This document shows positions 11,510 to 24,200 of a stretch of DNA of 64,000 nt, one piece after another (position 1 is the stretch's first letter; every line of letters begins with the position of its first letter). Both the position numbers and the translations under genes were made by a program. A model generated the notes under the pieces. The model was not told the origin of the DNA and did not search any database. It saw nothing but the letters and a program-made list of their open reading frames with translations. The DNA lies in NCBI GenBank assembly GCA_043228905.1, contig JBHGNT010000013.1:2356001-2420000 (forward strand), written 5' to 3'. This stretch comes from Azolla caroliniana (Eukaryota > Plantae > Polypodiophyta).

Positions 11510-11848
11510 CCTTCACAGGTGGCGATGGTAGCACCCGGGTATTCAGCCTCAATGCTCGACGGAGCCACTCTTGGCTGCTTTTTGCTGCTACACGCAACAA
11601 CCACACTACCAAGAGAAAACATGTAACCGGAGGTGGATTAGCGATCCGAATTATCACCAGCCCAATCAGCATTGGTATATCCGACTAGCTTCCCAGCGAT
11701 ACCATGTCGGTATAATAGTCCCCGGTCCTTTGTGCCGCTAACATACAAGAATATCTAGTGTGCGCACTAAAGGTGCTCAACGGTCAGCATTTGCATGAAC
11801 TGGTTGATCACTCCGACCGGGTAATTGATGTTCGGTCGAGTGATTGGA
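11510..11848 (-). pseudogene. Copia family X RT/RNase H fragment
   Basis: Paralogue of 42270-42604, which encodes YTNADWAGD..STSGYMFSLG..WSSKKQ..STEAEY. Confidence 0.8.
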
Positions 11849-13780
11849 ATCATGATATGGCAAGACTCGAACCAATGACCTTATGCTACATGGGTCGAGC
11901 TCTTGACCATTAGATTATACATTGTAATACGTAGAATATTATTTTCATTTATGTTTTATTATAGAAAATTGATGTATATTCCAGATTTGTCTGGAACATT
12001 CTAGAAACTTCAGGAGTATTCCTTAGAACACTATAAAAGGAGGCACAAGGTATTATTTCGAACCAAATCGGTTCAACGCCAGTCTTAAGCCTCCTAGCTA
12101 CTATACGTTTTCTTCACATAATATATATCTTTTCTTATCATCACTCTCTCTCTCTCTCCCTCTCACTCACTCTTTCCTTCTCTCGAGAGTTCTTCACCTT
12201 TCTTAGCACTAACACTTCTTTTAGTACTAAGTCCTTTTCTGTCTTAGTACTGTTCCTGACAGTCTGAACCGATTTCTCTACCTTTTGTCTCTCTCATTTC
12301 CTACTAATCTCTTATTCCTCTTTTCTTTCATCCCATGGCCACTGTTAGCGCTGAAGAATATCAATCTGTTTTCTCGGAATTTCAATGCTTGAAAGAGAAG
12401 TTCCATGCTTTGGAACAAGAAAACCAACGGTTGCTGGGGGATCTTCAGCAAATCTCCTTAGAAAAGCAGCAAACGCAACAACAGCATGGGGAACTTGCGT
12501 TACGCGTGCAACAACTCGAAGCAACCATCATAGCGATGCAACAACAAGGGCCCGGAACACAAGGGATTTATAAAGAACCCAAGATTGGCCTTCCCACGAA
12601 GTTCGATGGAACGCGATCGCAGTTTAGAGGGTTCCTTAACCAGGTACGATTAGTTATTCAAATGCATCCTTCCCAGTATCCCACCGATGCATCACGAGTG
12701 GGTTTAGTAGGCACTTTGTTTAGTGGCTCAGCGTTGGCATGGTTCGCTCCACTATTAGAAAAGGAATCTCCGTTACTCAACAATTTTGAAGAGTTTCTAG
12801 GTGAGTTTAAAGCATGTTTCGGAGATATTGACAGCATCAGGACCGCAATTAACAAAATTCAGCGATTACGCCAAGGTGACTGTCCAGCCTTCGCATACGC
12901 TGCAGATTTTCGCCTACTCGCCGCCGATATCCCTTGGGAGGATCAAGCGTTGATGGAGCAATTCCGTTATGGTTTACGCAACGACGTGAAGGATTTACTC
13001 TTGATCATCCCCGAAGAGCCAAAGTCCTTAACAGAAGCAATCACTCGCGCGGTGAGATGTGACAACTGCCTCTTTGAGCGACGTTTGGAACGACACCTAC
13101 AGATGCCGAGGGCAAGATCAGAGCCCACCTACGCATCAGTGGTAGCAAGACCTTTTCCAAGGGAGTCATATAATGCGCCTCCAGCGAATACTCCGACTCC
13201 GATGGAGATTGACACTACACGTCGTCGAGGGCCATTATCCGATGAAGAAAAGCAGCGACGCCATACAAATCGACTATGTCTTTACTGCGGTGGACCAGGA
13301 CATATTGCAATAAATTGCCCCCATAGGCCAAGAAGACAGGTAAACCAAATAGTCGTTAGTTCTAATTGTACTAAACCCGAGCCTATTTCAGTAGGGATAT
13401 CAGATAGTCCTAATAGTACTAATAGCCCAGATCTAGCGAACAGATTTGATGTCCTTAGTCAGTTAGAAGAAGAGTAAAAAGACTAAGTCCAGCCAAAATA
13501 GGAGCCGTTTGGTTGGACAGCCCTAGATCTGTGTAGCCCATTAGTGGTTCCATTCCCGTACGGGGATCATATAACCTCGTACGGATCCGACCAGGAGACG
13601 AATGGAAGACCGCGTTTCGCACCAAATATGGGGATTTCGAGTATACGGTCATGCCGTTCGGCCTCACTAATGCACCGACAGTCTTCCAGCACATGGCTAA
13701 TGATATATTCCGAGATCTTTTGGATGATTGTTTGATCATCTATTTGAATGATCTACTGGTTTATTCAAAGACCCAAGAAG
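11849..13780 (+). mobile_element. Truncated Tcn1-like chromovirus family A: 5' LTR (to 12261), gag, RT fragment
   Basis: LTR ends CTGACA at 12261, TATA at 12032, gag ORF, then RT motif [16 protein letters not shown]; protease region missing. Paralogue of 42605-44556. Confidence 0.85.
12335..13477 (+). CDS. Ty3/Gypsy Gag (Tcn1/PEG10-like) with zinc knuckle, 380 aa
   Basis: PTKFDGTRSQFRGFLNQ, LRQG, PTPMEID, CLYCGGPGHIAINC. Confidence 0.88.
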   Translation: MATVSAEEYQSVFSEFQCLKEKFHALEQENQRLLGDLQQISLEKQQTQQQHGELALRVQQLEATIIAMQQQGPGTQGIYKEPKIGLPTKFDGTRSQFRGFLNQVRLVIQMHPSQYPTDASRVGLVGTLFSGSALAWFAPLLEKESPLLNNFEEFLGEFKACFGDIDSIRTAINKIQRLRQGDCPAFAYAADFRLLAADIPWEDQALMEQFRYGLRNDVKDLLLIIPEEPKSLTEAITRAVRCDNCLFERRLERHLQMPRARSEPTYASVVARPFPRESYNAPPANTPTPMEIDTTRRRGPLSDEEKQRRHTNRLCLYCGGPGHIAINCPHRPRRQVNQIVVSSNCTKPEPISVGISDSPNSTNSPDLANRFDVLSQLEEE

Positions 13781-14728
13781 AATATGTAGAAGATTGAAAG
13801 AGATTAAAAAGAACTTGTGAATCCCACAAGTATAGATTATGTCGTGAATCCCACAAATATAGTTTGTTAATTGGTGTTTTAGGAAATATATCCAATTTCC
13901 AAATAATCCACACACTTATTACATTGTGCTCCCCATCCTTATATGGTGATGAGAGAGTCTTCACAATCCATGCTTAAACTTTATGCTTTTCCTATCAATC
14001 GACTATATGCTTTATTTAACATCCTTTTTCTAAAGTGATCATGCTTTTTCTAATTTCTGCGTTTTTTATTGACTATAGTGTTCATGCACGCTACAGGTGC
14101 ATGTGTAGCTTTTTGTTTTATCATGTGTTTTTGTAAAGTTTATCCTAGCGTGAACTTGCATTTTTATGTGGGACATCTCCTATTTAACACTAATGAAAAG
14201 CTAGCGAAATGGTAAGACATTACGTTATTAACATGAAGGTGCAATGTTCGAATCTTGCCCTGTGTATGTAATGCTTAGTTTGATATTTTCTTCTTTTTTC
14301 TTCATATTTATTCAATCGGTTATTTTATATTATTTTCATGTAGTGTACTAAATACACTACGACACTCGCCCCCTCCGAAACCACAAATCCTCCGGCATGT
14401 GCAGAAGTTGTCGGTGATTGTTAGCCTTCTCCGTCCGGTCTCCGCCTGGTTGGTTTCGTCACTAGTCGTTTTCGGTTGATGGCTCCATCTGTTCGCCGAT
14501 TTTCAGTTACCTGCTCTACCCGGTTTCCGGTTACTGGCCCTCGTAAGTCTTCTTTACTTGTAGTACCCTCCGTTTCTCTTGCTATGCCCACTTTGTCTCT
14601 CCATTTCGAGCACAACCATTCTTTCCACCCAACTCATTTTCACCATCCGATCCACCATAGTCTTCGTTCACTCTTTGCATAGCCAGGGTTGATTGTTGCA
14701 ACTCCTCATGCTATTCTTGAGCATAACC
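13778..14728 (-). mobile_element. Fragment of the tRNA-Trp element (partial 3' LTR to 14364 plus 3' internal region)
   Basis: Near-identical to 46015-46970 and 7228-8183. Confidence 0.85.
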
Positions 14729-15172
14729 ACACAATACACTCATTGATGCTTGGTCACATTCCCTACAAAAATGATAGCTTTGTGAAGAGGATCTCATTAT
14801 GCGGAACGATCGATGGCTTATCAACAAAGGATATGGCTTCCATCACACACTGAATATACACGGATGGACATTTAAAACTAATGTGACTCTTTCACCTAAA
14901 TCTTGTTGGATATCCAATACTCATGGACATGAGATTCTATCATATAATGGTCACATTAGCGACAAGGCATGAATGCTGTGATGAATAGATTTGGTGGTTA
15001 TGGATAATGATGCCAACACAATGGTGGTTGACTTTAGTATAGGAACATGAAATATTAAAGGTTTTTGCCTTTGTGAAATTTAAAAGCAAGGAAGGACCTA
15101 CCGTTGTTGATAGTATTAAAAAAACCTTCAAGCATAATGAGGTGTATAAACCTCCACAAAATTGGCCAAACT

Positions 15173-15244
15173 GGGGCGTTGCGAGAATCGAACTCGCGGC
15201 CTCTCACACCCAAAGCGAGAATCATACCACTAGACCAAACGCCC
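15173..15244 (-). tRNA. tRNA-Pro(TGG), array copy 2
   Basis: Same as copy 1 except a C>T in the anticodon stem (G-C becomes G-U). Confidence 0.93.
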
Positions 15245-16293
15245 ATTGATAATAATGTGATAATGATTTTATTTAATATTTATGTCTTTATACATCACTT
15301 TACTCTAAACTCCTTTCTACGTATTAATTTCAAAAGAGCCCCTTTTCTACGTTCTACATTTATTGCATACATTGATAGAGATTTATATAAATCCTATTCA
15401 TTACAACTTGATGAACAACCAATAATACATCTAGGCTATGTAAGATTTAGTTTTGGCTGACTAAGGACCTTACGGTTTGGTAAGGTTATGTTTTACGCAT
15501 TTTAAGACATACTAGAACCTTGCTAATGATTAGACAATGTAAGAAATAGTGAGTATTTCCTTCCGATTGAAATGTGCAAGAAAAGAATTTATTTGTCATT
15601 GCGTATTTAGGATTGATACACAAGATAAACCCAATCACTACTCTCCAAATAAAGATATTTGCTTGAAATTCTAGAACTTACACTATAGGATATTCCCCCA
15701 CCCACGGTGAGTTTTGATTACAAGAAAGGACTTCTTGCCAATACCTTATCAATGATTAAGGGTATGTAGAGCATGGAACTTTACGGGGATTAGTTCTATT
15801 GAGTATTGACCTTTACACCACCCCCTAATTATAATACTCAATCAAATGTTGTAGAAGAATACACAAGAATTCTGATTGCAAACACATGTCTTGCTACAAC
15901 GCAAATTGATAAACCATCAACCTCGATTGCTTGGTGATTAGTTTTCTCTCTACACCATCTTATTATCCTTTGATCACCTTGGATTGAATCACACAACCCG
16001 ATGATAGATGGCAAATTTAGTCCATTATGCTCTCATCAACATGTTGTCAGTTTGTAACTAATTCCTCTCATCTAGGAGTCGATGACCTTCCTTTTATAGG
16101 CCTAGTATGGGAAACTTCAATGTCTACTCCAATGTTCATTCTTGCTCATGATCTCCATTGGACTTGGACCAGTTGATGGAATCATGTGTGAAGTTTGGGT
16201 AGTGCTCGTAGGTGTCAAGGCTACTACTGAAGCATATGTTTGATCCGTTCTTGGTTGTGACATTAGTTGACGTTCTGAACGTCGCTCGAATAA

Positions 16294-17098
16294 AAGATGG
16301 AAAGAGGAGGAAGAAGACAATGGTCACCACCACCACCATAATGGACTGAGCGCATATTGGAAGAGAAGAAGCAAACGAAAGAATGAAAGAAGAAGAAAGC
16401 AGAACCACGAAAACAAAGAGGAGAGAAAGAAGAAGAACGAAAGGAACAAGAAGCTACGGTGTAATGGGTAATGTGTGTAATGTGTAACATGAAATGTTAA
16501 TGTTTGAGTGTGAGGAAGAGTGTGTACACATGCACATTTGGCTATTTGTGTGCATGTGTACAAATGTGAGAGACAAGGGTAAGTAGATGTAACTACCCCC
16601 ATTTGGCTTTTTGTACTATATATAAACCCCCACCCATGGGGCATGAAAAGGAAAAATATAGTGAAGTTACCCCTGAACTTGTGCTTGTCTCGATTTTGCC
16701 TCTCATTCTCTATGTGTATCTCTTTCTCTCTCTCTATCCTCTCACATTCGAACCCATCAACAATATTCCTCCAACCATAGCGATAAAGTTCAAAGTTTGA
16801 GGACTCCCGTGGTTTTTCCCTTTCCGTGTTTTACACGTTAAATCTTGGCTCCACCCCCACCCATCAATTTATTCCTCCTACCATAGTGATCAAGTTCAGA
16901 GTTTGTGGACTCCCGTGGTTTTTCCCTTTTAGGTTTGTCTACGTTAAATTTTGTCTCTGGCTCCACCCCCCACCCATCAACAATATTCCTCCTACCATAG
17001 TGATAAAGTTAGGAGTTTGTGGACTCCCGTGGTTTTTCCCTTTCCGGGTTTTCCACATTAAATGTTGTGTCTCTGTACTTGTGTTTTCTACCATTTCA
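16294..17098 (+). repeat. Left-truncated copy of the solo LTR at 56538-57470, with three ~110-bp internal repeats
   Basis: Aligns to 56662-57470 and ends CATTTCA followed by ATCTT. Confidence 0.8.
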
Positions 17099-17812
17099 AT
17101 CTTTGCACATGAAATTGAGGAAAATGATAAGAGGATGGGGTGTTATCAAACAAGGTGTCGTGGCCCATGGTGCTAATTTCATGCTTGGAAAAAAGGATTG
17201 CCCACAAATAAGACTTGCATTTGAGCTTTCCTTGTGTGGAAATATAGTCATAACTATATGCCAATATAAATATAGATGGAAGAAATACAAATGGGCTATT
17301 ATCCTATCATTTAAAAGTCTATTATTGCACCATATAATCCTTGACCAACATATCAAGAAAAACAGACCACACAATACACTCATTGATGCTTGGTCACATT
17401 CCCTACAAAACTGATAGCTTTGTGAAGAGGATCTCATTATGTGGAACGATCGATGGCTTATCAACAAAGGATATGGCTTCCATCACACACTGAATATACA
17501 CGGATGGACATTTAAAACTAATGTGACTCTTTCACCTAAATCTTGTTGGATATCCAATACTCATGGACATGAGATTCTATCATATAATGGTCACATTAGC
17601 GACAAGGCATGAATGCTGTGATGAATAAATTTGGTGGTTATGGATAATGATGCCAACACAATGGTAGTTGACTTTAGTATAGGAACATGAAATATTAAAG
17701 GTTTTTGCCTTTGTGAAATTTAAAAGCAAGGAAGGACCTACCGTTGTTGATAGTATTAAAAAAACCTTCAAGCATAATGAGGTGTATAAACCTCCACAAA
17801 ATTGGCCAAACT

Positions 17813-17884
17813 GGGGCGTTGCGAGAATCGAACTCGCGGCCTCTCGCACCCAAAGCGAGAATCATACCACTAGACCAAACGCCC
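17813..17884 (-). tRNA. tRNA-Pro(TGG), array copy 3
   Basis: Identical to copy 1 (offset 17520). Confidence 0.97.
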
Positions 17885-19539
17885 ATTGATGATAATGTGA
17901 TAATGATTCTGTTTAATATTTATGTCTTTATACATCACTTTACTCTAAACTCCTTTCTACGTATTAATTTCAAAAGAGCCCCTTTTCTACGTTCTACATT
18001 TATTGCATCCATTGATAGAGATTTATATAAATCCTATTCATTACAGCTTGATGAACAACCAATAATACATCTAGGCTATTTAAGATTTAGTTTTGGCTGA
18101 GTAAGGACCTTACGGTTTGGTAAGGTTATGTTTTACGCATTTTAAGACATACTAGAACCTTGCTAATGATTAGACAATGTAAGAAATAGAGAGTATTTCC
18201 TTCCGATTGAAATGTGCAAGAAAAGAATTTATTTGTCATTGCGTATTTAGGATTGATACTCAAGATAAACCCAATCACTACTCTCCAAATAAAGATATTT
18301 GCTTGAAATTCTAGAACTTACACTATAGGATATTCCCCCACCCACGGTGAGTTTTGATTACATGCCAAATTTCATTCAACCTTGAAGTGATCCCATGGAG
18401 TAACAATGCCAAATAAATCTTAGCGGTTACTTGAAAATTTGAGCTCTTCCTTGTAAACACCAATCTAAGCACTATTGCTCTTCTATCCACATATTTAAGT
18501 GGCCCTACCTTAATGATAGAGTTTGCAACTTCAATCAATTAAACGTACATGTTGGTGTAATGCACAGTAAACATATTGCATCATGTAACTAGGAGTTACG
18601 TTTCACTTTACGAGATGGGAATACCCACTTGGATAAAGAAAGGACTTCTTGCCAATACCTTATCAATGATTAAGGGTATGTAGAGCATGGAACTTTACGG
18701 GGATTAGTTCTATTGAGTATTGACCTTTACACCACCCCTTAATTATAATACTCAATCAAATGTTGTAGAAGAATACACAAGAATTCTGATTGCAAACACA
18801 TGTCTTGCTACAACGAAAATTGATAAACCATCAACCTCGCTTGCTTGGTGATTAGCTTTCTCTCTACAACATCTTATTATCCTTTGATCACCTTGGATTG
18901 AATCACACAACCCGATGATAGATGGCAAATTTAGTCCATTATGCTCTCATCAACATGTTGTCAGTTTGTAACTAATTCCTCTCATCTAGGAGTCGATGCC
19001 CTTCCTTATATAGGCCTAGTATGAAAAACTTCAATGTCTACTCCAACGTTCATTCTTGCTCCAACCACAACTTTTACTCCAAGAGTTGGCTCTGTCCCGC
19101 TTCGGTTACAACATCCAATTTGTTAGCTAACTCTATCTTTCATCACACTAGTTCGGCCATGACATTTATTACTCTAGTGACGAAGAGTGCATATGTGTCT
19201 ATCCTTGATTCCAGGAGGGTCAATGTGTACACGTGTTATTGACCACTCCCTATAATCATCCTACTTTTATTACGAGTGTAGTTACGTCATACTGAGTTGT
19301 TGTGGGTTAATTCACGTTAGAAAGAGGGAGAGGATTGAAGACATTCAACTCTACGACACTCTCTTTCTAACCTTCTCTTGAATTATTATTTTCATCTTTT
19401 ACTTATATAGAATAAAACTTCGGTTAAACGTGCCATTCAATTAAACGTGCTTTTTTTTGAAGGCCAAAATCTAGATAAAAAAATAGCATTGTTTCATGAA
19501 AAAATTACTTCAATCCAAATCAAAACTATATTCCAAACA

Positions 19540-20775
19540 TTCAATTTAATACAGTCATTCTTCTCTTATCATTTCATTCCTCTCTTCTTGTGATCTCGTT
19601 ATATCTTTCTTCTATCACTCTGTCTTCTATCTTGGTTCTGACCGTTTGATTCGAATTCCTCTCTCTCCTTTATCCTCCTCTATAAACATCACGAAACCAT
19701 GGCTGCCATTAACTCAAAAGAATATCTCACCCTTGTTGTTGAAATGGAGAAACTTAAATCCAAGTTCGCATCTCTTGAATTAGAGAATCAACGTCTTCTT
19801 GGAGATCTACAAAAGGTTACTGTGGAGAAGCAACAACAACAAGAGGAGTTTACGCGACGGGTGCAAGAACTAGAGACAACAATCATAATTTTACAACAAC
19901 AAAGGGGCGGAGGTCAAGGAATTATCAAGGAGCCCAAAATCAGCCTTCCCGTTAAATTTGATGGTTCGAGGGCGCATTTCCGAGGTTTCTTGAATCAAGT
20001 GCGGTTCGTAATTCAAATGCATCCCACGTGTTATCCAATAGATGCATCTCGAGTTGGGTTAGTGGGAACCTTATTGACTGGCATAGCGTTGTTGTGGTTT
20101 GCTCCATTATTAGAAACAAATTCTCTTCTACTCCATAATTTCGAAGAATTTGTCAAAGAATTTAAGGCTTGCTTTGGAGATACGGATGGGGCAAGAACCA
20201 CGATCAACAAGATTTGTACACTACGTCAAGGTGATCAGCCAACATCAACATATGCAACCAATTTTTGGCTCATCGCGAGCGATATTTCTTGGGACGAACA
20301 AGCCCTAATTGAGCAGTTTCGTTCCGGTGTTCTTAGCAATGTAAATGAATGACTTCTTACATTCCCCGAGGATCCACAATATCTTACTAAAGCTATTAGT
20401 CGAGCAATACGGTGCGATAATCGTCTTTTTGAGCGTCGATGTGAACGACAACAAATAACAAGATCAAGATTCACACCAACTTATGCTCTGTCTCGATGAT
20501 CATATCTCACACTTCGGGGTGGAATTCCGGCTTTGAGAATCAGAAGCAAATTCTCCTAGGACCATCAAAGCCGGAAGCAACAACAGTTTATGCCACTCCG
20601 CTTGAATCAAGCCTTGTGGATATTCTTCGGCAACGTCTTCACTCTGATGATTTCGCTCAGGATGTCTTACCCCACATTAGGCCAGGCCATGCATCTTGCT
20701 TGACTTTGCAAGGGTGATCTCAACACTATCAGGAATTCCTATGCCATGATGTCTTACTCTTTTACAACAATCTCC
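19540..20775 (+). mobile_element. Truncated Tcn1-like chromovirus family C: LTR U5 remnant, gag pseudogene (19699-20497), pol remnant
   Basis: Gag EPKISLPVKFDGSRAHFRGFLNQ; 19540-19642 resembles the LTR end at about 55905-56009. Confidence 0.75.
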
Positions 20776-21262
20776 TTGTGAAAGTTCCTTGTGAAAGTTA
20801 GCGTGTGGAAGCATATGCCATGTTGGCCGGTCAGAAGAGCAAGGACAAGTGGGAAGGCGGAATCGGATCGGATGATAGGAAGTAAATAATAGTAGAATTA
20901 TTATTGGGAGGGACGGATTCGGTACAGTTGTACCGATCCGGATCCGAACCGATTCGGATGTCGGTTGCCTAAGCGCACCGATTGTAACCTTGCCGGATGC
21001 CTATAAAAGGATCCGATGATTTGTAAAGTGTTGGGACGGTAGTAATACAATAGTATTTAATGTGTATTTATCTGTATCTCGTATTGTTTACCGTTTGTGC
21101 TTAATTGTAATCATCTTATGCGTGTAACCTAGCATCCAATCCTTACCACCCCTTTGGAGAAGTGTCGGATAGACACCTGTGTTGAGGCTAGTCCGGCCAG
21201 ACAGACAACACTATTTTGGCGACCACGATTCCTGCAAAGTGCAGAGGACAACCGGGGGATGG

Positions 21263-24200
21263 ATGTCTAGACCAAACGACGACCACATCACCGAACGAGG
21301 GAGACGATACACCGAACGCGAGCAACGACGGGAAGCCCTGCAGCAAGCCGTCGACGAGATCCGGCGGGATCGGTCATTCTCCAAAACTCTTCGGAGAGTC
21401 GCAGAAGAAGCACTGCAGTTCCGGGTTCTGCAAATCCCCGACGAAGGCAGTAGCATAACAAGCCTGCAAGAGGCGGAAACGATACTGCAGACGCTCGCCG
21501 CGGGCGACGGGGACTCGGAAGCATTCGCAACACTTGAGGCGGAGTCGGAAAGCGACAGAACCGTTGCATCCCGGTATAAAAGCAGCCACGACACACCAAA
21601 CGACCGGGAGGACGAGGGGTCGGAAGACTCAGTAACACCGGCGCCAGAGGAAGAAATAACCCTGGAATTCGGTGACCGGCAACCACCGAGGAAGGCTGAC
21701 CGGATACCGACAACAACCGCGAGGGAACCGAAGGAGCGGATACCGACAACACCCGCGGAGGAACCAACGGACCGGACACCGGCAACACCCGCGGGGGAAC
21801 CAAAGGTTCTCACACCAACGCCAATAGCGGACAGAGAGCGGAGGAAACAGGAGAGTCAGTTGGAAGACACGATGCCGTACCCATACCCAAAGTACCGGGA
21901 TGATGCCGACGCGGAGGCACACGTGTACGCATTCCTCCAAACATGGGAAGCCAACCATATCTCCCAAAGAATGACGGAGCCCGAAGCCGAACGATCTAAA
22001 ATCGCCGAATTCGGCATAACCTTAGAAGGACTGGCGGCCCAATGGCACGCAAAGCACTTACCAGGCACCTTTGCCACATTCGATGCCTTGAAAGCCAGAT
22101 TCCTCAGGTTTTTTCACAGACAATTTGAGCAAAGGGAATTGGTTGGGCAGTTCTACACCACCCGGCAGGAAGAGAACGAGACTATGCCACAATTCATCAT
22201 TCGGTTCCAGACCCTGCACAGCCAACTGACAAGAGCACCACCCGAAGACGAAGCCAAAGCAGTCTTTCTGGCTGCACTGAAAGAGCCACTTCGAACAATG
22301 TGCGGAGTCCTTGATTTCCAAACCAGCATAATGGACCAAGTTATTGATCGGGTTTTAGAAATGGACAAGACTAGCCCCTTCTTGTCGATGGGGATGTTAC
22401 ACCGGGCACTCCCAAAGGAGGAAGACCTGAGGTTCCGACAGGCCTTACAATGCACAACATGCCTAAATTCGGGGCACTCAACAGTGGACTGCACCCTGCG
22501 GACACAATGTGTGATCTGCAACGCTCGAGCCCATACAACGGACCGATGCGAATATAACCTGTTAAATCGGCAGGCAGCACCGGTTCGACACATAGAACCG
22601 CGCAATTAGAGCCCGGACGAGGATCGATTCCGGAGAGACGACCGCTACCAACGCGAACGCGGTAACAGATACGCTGATAGAAGACGCGACAACTATGACC
22701 GAGAGGAGAGACGCAGAGATAGCTACCCCCGGGACCGGTACGACAGAGATGAATCCCCGGAAGACGACCGACGCAGAGAAGAGAGGCGACAAGGATACGC
22801 TGACACAAGACGCGACAACTATGACCGAGAGGAGAGACGCAAAGATAGCTACCCCCGGGACCGGTACGACCGAGACGAAGCCCCGGAATACGACCGATGC
22901 AGAGAAGAGAGGCGACAAGGGAACCGAAATTTCCGACGGAATCAGAAGCGTGGATTTTTCCGAAGAGAAGAACGTCGGGAGGCAGCAAGGAATGACAACC
23001 CGGTATCGGTACCGGATAACCGAAAAACCGAAGACGACCGCCGGAGCATACCCACCCTCCAAACCGGGGACAAAGCAGAAACGAGCAACAGTCACAAGGT
23101 GTACTGTTATTACTGCCGGAAGGAAGGCCACTATAGTAACCAATGCCCAAGCAAAAGCTATGACAAGCAGCCGGAAGTCAACATGGTTACAGCCGAAATA
23201 ACAGAAGTACAACAGGTCACAACCCGGTCAAAGGGAAAGACCGCCGAGTGGGAAGCCCAGGAGACAATCAGAAAACAAGCGACACAATGGATCAAGGAGG
23301 CCAATGAACAGAATGCGGCAGAAGTAAGAGACCAAAATATGCCAAAAGAAAAAGAAATCATACAGCCAGGAGAAAACCCGACGTGGCAAGCGCTACAGGA
23401 CTGTCAAATCGTGTTTCCGTTAGCACGACCTATAGGGACTACAGCCTCCATTCGCTGCTTTGCAAGGGGCGCGTAGCTGGAAGTCAGAAGCCCATAGCAC
23501 CTGCCCGTACAGTTAGTGCCACGATTTACGGCAGACCTACAGGCATCTGTCAGCAAACCGAAGCCGACGCCAGCACCGGCATTCTTCTCCATCCCGGAGG
23601 AAGGACCAGCGGTGGTCGATACAAGTAGCCCGACGATCACGGCAATCGTGAAAGGAAAGGAAATTGCTGGAACGATTATTGACGGAGGCTCCGGGGTAAA
23701 TGTCATCAGCCAACAGACATGCAACGACCTGGGCATCCGGGAATGGGAACCATGCCCCTTCTGGTTACGCATGGCGGATACTAGCTCAGTCCGATCGACC
23801 GGGCTTATCCGGGACTTGGAAATAACGATCGGAGGCCACGTATTCCGGATATCGGCCGTGGTGCTGCAGCTGAATGTACAAGGCGCGTACCCCCTACTGC
23901 TAGGACGACCATGGCTGCGAACGACCCATATCAAGCAGAACTGGCAAAAGAACATGATCACATTCCGGCGAGGGAAAACAAAGGTACGAGTAACGACGCA
24001 ACCACGGGTGAACACCAGTAAGGAAGCAACTCCATTGTATGCGGAAAGCATTAACATGTTGGAGGGATTACCGGACGAGGAAGTCGAGCGGTACCTCGAG
24101 GAACACCCACAAATCGTCCCACTATTTGAGGTGGATATCACGGCGGCAGTAGAACCGTACATTACGACCCCGGAAGAACCGGACCAAGCGGCGATCCGGG

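Noticed and set aside
16300-17520. Several 100-180 aa ORFs (also 56592-57839) as host genes
   Set aside because: Low-complexity translations of a solo LTR and flank with no recognisable domain.
18323-19300. Unassigned flank, possibly a decayed TE coding region
   Set aside because: No convincing motif or termini by eye; needs a translated homology search.
22668-22920. 126-bp tandem duplication in gag, and 42-bp repeats at 27121-27225
   Set aside because: Ordinary in-frame low-complexity expansions of retroelement polyproteins.
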